Source: Ramazzottius varieornatus
Taxonomy: Eukaryota > Animalia > Tardigrada
DNA length: 64,000 bases
Reading direction: 5' to 3'
Assembly (NCBI GenBank): GCA_001949185.1
Contig: BDGG01000005.1
Span: 806,001 to 870,000, forward strand
Under the pieces are notes generated by a model, which saw nothing but the letters and a program-made list of their open reading frames with translations, did not search any database and was not told where the DNA came from. The translations under genes and the position numbers were made by a program. Of the stretch, positions 63,469-64,000 are shown piece by piece (positions within the stretch are counted from its first letter, which is position 1; the number at the start of each line of letters is the position of its first letter).

Positions 63469-63575
63469 GAGCTCGGCAAGCGGACCCGACCAGATCGTTT
63501 TCCAAGTGGCGCACGCTTCCAGCCAATATCACCGCAATCATGCGTCACTTGGGGTTGAGTTGGCTTACCTAGCTC
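63469..63575. repeat. Palindromic N25 element copy (core 63503-63551)
   Basis: GAGCTCGGCAAG...CAAGTGGCGCAC-25-ATGCGTCACTTG. Confidence 0.85.
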
Positions 63576-64000
63576 TCAGTTGATCTCGTATCTTGCTTAC
63601 ATCGAATAGTGAATTAAGCTAGCTGGGTAGGCGGAAGTTGTACTCGACGGTAATTTTTCCTTGTCCAAATAATTACCCATAAAATTCTTGGCCGAGTGTT
63701 GTCATAAGATGACATTCATGGTCAATTGACATTTTTTTTTATTTGCCAGCAATTTGTCGCTACAGAGTGCATGCAACGGAGTGTTGATGGCGGAACTCAA
63801 CTGTGGCAGTACAATCGAAGCAAGCAATGCTTCAAGCTGGCCGTTTAGCGATATTTCATGGCCGTTTCGCTCCCTTGCATCCTTAACGAATTAATGACGG
63901 ACTAGACTACCAAGCGTAGTACCGTTGGCGGAAGGTCAGGGTAATCTTTTTGGCAATAACAATCCTACACCTCATGTCAATAAACAACAGGCTAATTCGA

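Overview
Eukaryotic (invertebrate) genomic DNA with a compact gene structure and many 55-100 bp GT-AG introns. The compactness and gene content (receptor guanylyl cyclase, 'SIDRW'-type GPCR) would fit a tardigrade such as Ramazzottius, but that is inference only. Genes in order: 3' part of a receptor guanylyl cyclase; three intronless Id/emc-like HLH genes in a block rich in CSL/Su(H) sites and E-boxes; a small PPxY membrane protein; a MyT1-family C2HC zinc-finger gene; an SH3-WW-PH-RhoGAP (ARHGAP12/15/27 type); an intact DD37D (maT) Tc1/mariner element nested in a hAT remnant; SNIP1; a CHHC (U11-48K/GTSF1-type) zinc-finger gene; a degenerate intron-containing Mutator transposase; an aldehyde oxidase; a frameshifted GPCR; and glutaminyl cyclase. 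The most striking unexplained signal is a dispersed ~100-120 bp palindromic element with core CAAGTGGCGCAC-N25-GTGCGCCACTTG. It has 17 two-armed copies, mostly intronic. Its spacer sequence is highly diverged, yet the spacer is exactly 25 bp in 16 of 17 copies. Exon boundaries were read by eye and are approximate.
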